Source of the DNA: a virus
IMG/VR virus record: IMGVR_UViG_3300027754_000047
Coordinates: 1-64,000 of that record
Direction: 5' to 3' (one strand)
Length of the DNA: 64,000 bases
The position numbers were made by a program, and so were the translations under genes. The first letter of the stretch is position 1; each line of letters begins with the position of its first letter. Under the pieces are notes generated by a model. The model worked only from the letters and a program-made list of their open reading frames with translations, ran no database searches and was not told the origin of the DNA. Shown here one piece after another: positions 63,718-64,000 of this stretch.

Positions 63718-64000
63718 TTATTTCTTTTTATCTTCTAGTACTACTAAGATATCCGTAGAGCGCATAATTAGGTAGTCTGCAGGCATAGGAATCTCCATAC
63801 CTGCAAACGCACTAAACAACACTTCGTCTCCTACCTCAAAGGCAGGCTTAGGACCCTTTAGGTTAGTGCAAGGGCCTATCTTAATGACTGTGCCTCGTTT
63901 AGACTGGAAGTCCTTAGAGTCGTCAATTAATACAATCCCTGCTGCAGTAGCCTTAGGACGCTCCCACTTTCGTAGTACAACCCAGTCTTGTAAGGGTTGA
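63718..64000 (-). CDS. groES: GroES-like co-chaperonin (5' end outside the window)
   Basis: Hand translation QPLQDWVVLRK...TAAGIVL...RGTVIKIG...FEVGDEVLFSAFAGMEI...YLIMRSTDILVVLE. Confidence 0.88.
   Translation of the reverse strand, partial: QPLQDWVVLRKWERPKATAAGIVLIDDSKDFQSKRGTVIKIGPCTNLKGPKPAFEVGDEVLFSAFAGMEIPMPADYLIMRSTDILVVLEDKKK

Noticed and set aside
1-64000. Alternative genetic code (stop-codon recoding)
   Set aside because: Conserved genes are intact under the standard code, TAA, TAG and TGA all end genes at sensible positions, and no suppressor tRNA is seen.

Overview
This 64 kb window looks like part of a large tailed (jumbo-type) bacteriophage genome. Genes are densely packed, mostly on the minus strand, use the standard code, and show no cellular housekeeping context. 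From left to right it holds: (i) two giant in-frame virion/fibre-like genes, an RCC1-repeat protein and a repeat-mosaic protein that runs off the left edge; (ii) an accessory block with a deaminase, a DenV-like glycosylase, a cassette array of small 'ERDEARR...WDCFKEETP' genes, a phosphoesterase and an ATP-dependent DNA ligase; (iii) tRNA-Leu(UAA) split by a 755-nt group I intron whose HNH ORF reads through the ribozyme core, then tRNA-Arg(UCU); (iv) a cluster of glycine-zipper proteins sharing a K-x-A motif, surrounding a 2045-aa multisubunit-type RNA polymerase (beta fused to the catalytic N-half of beta') with a LAGLIDADG intein; (v) a 42.4-51.1 kb region of promoter-gene-terminator cassettes with a sigma-like gene, a lysozyme, holin-like genes, tRNA(CAU), two ORF-free and highly structured transcription units (~500 and ~320 nt), and a phased decamer repeat between inverted promoters (origin candidate); (vi) portal-like, ankyrin, MoxR/VWA, RuvC and GroES genes. 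The strongest candidates for novelty are the independently transcribed hairpin-array ncRNAs, the (C)TAAA(A/T)-N17-TATAwW promoter system with its sigma-like gene, and the K-x-A/glycine-zipper/RNAP virion module. All family assignments come from motif recognition by eye; no database searches or folding programs were run.
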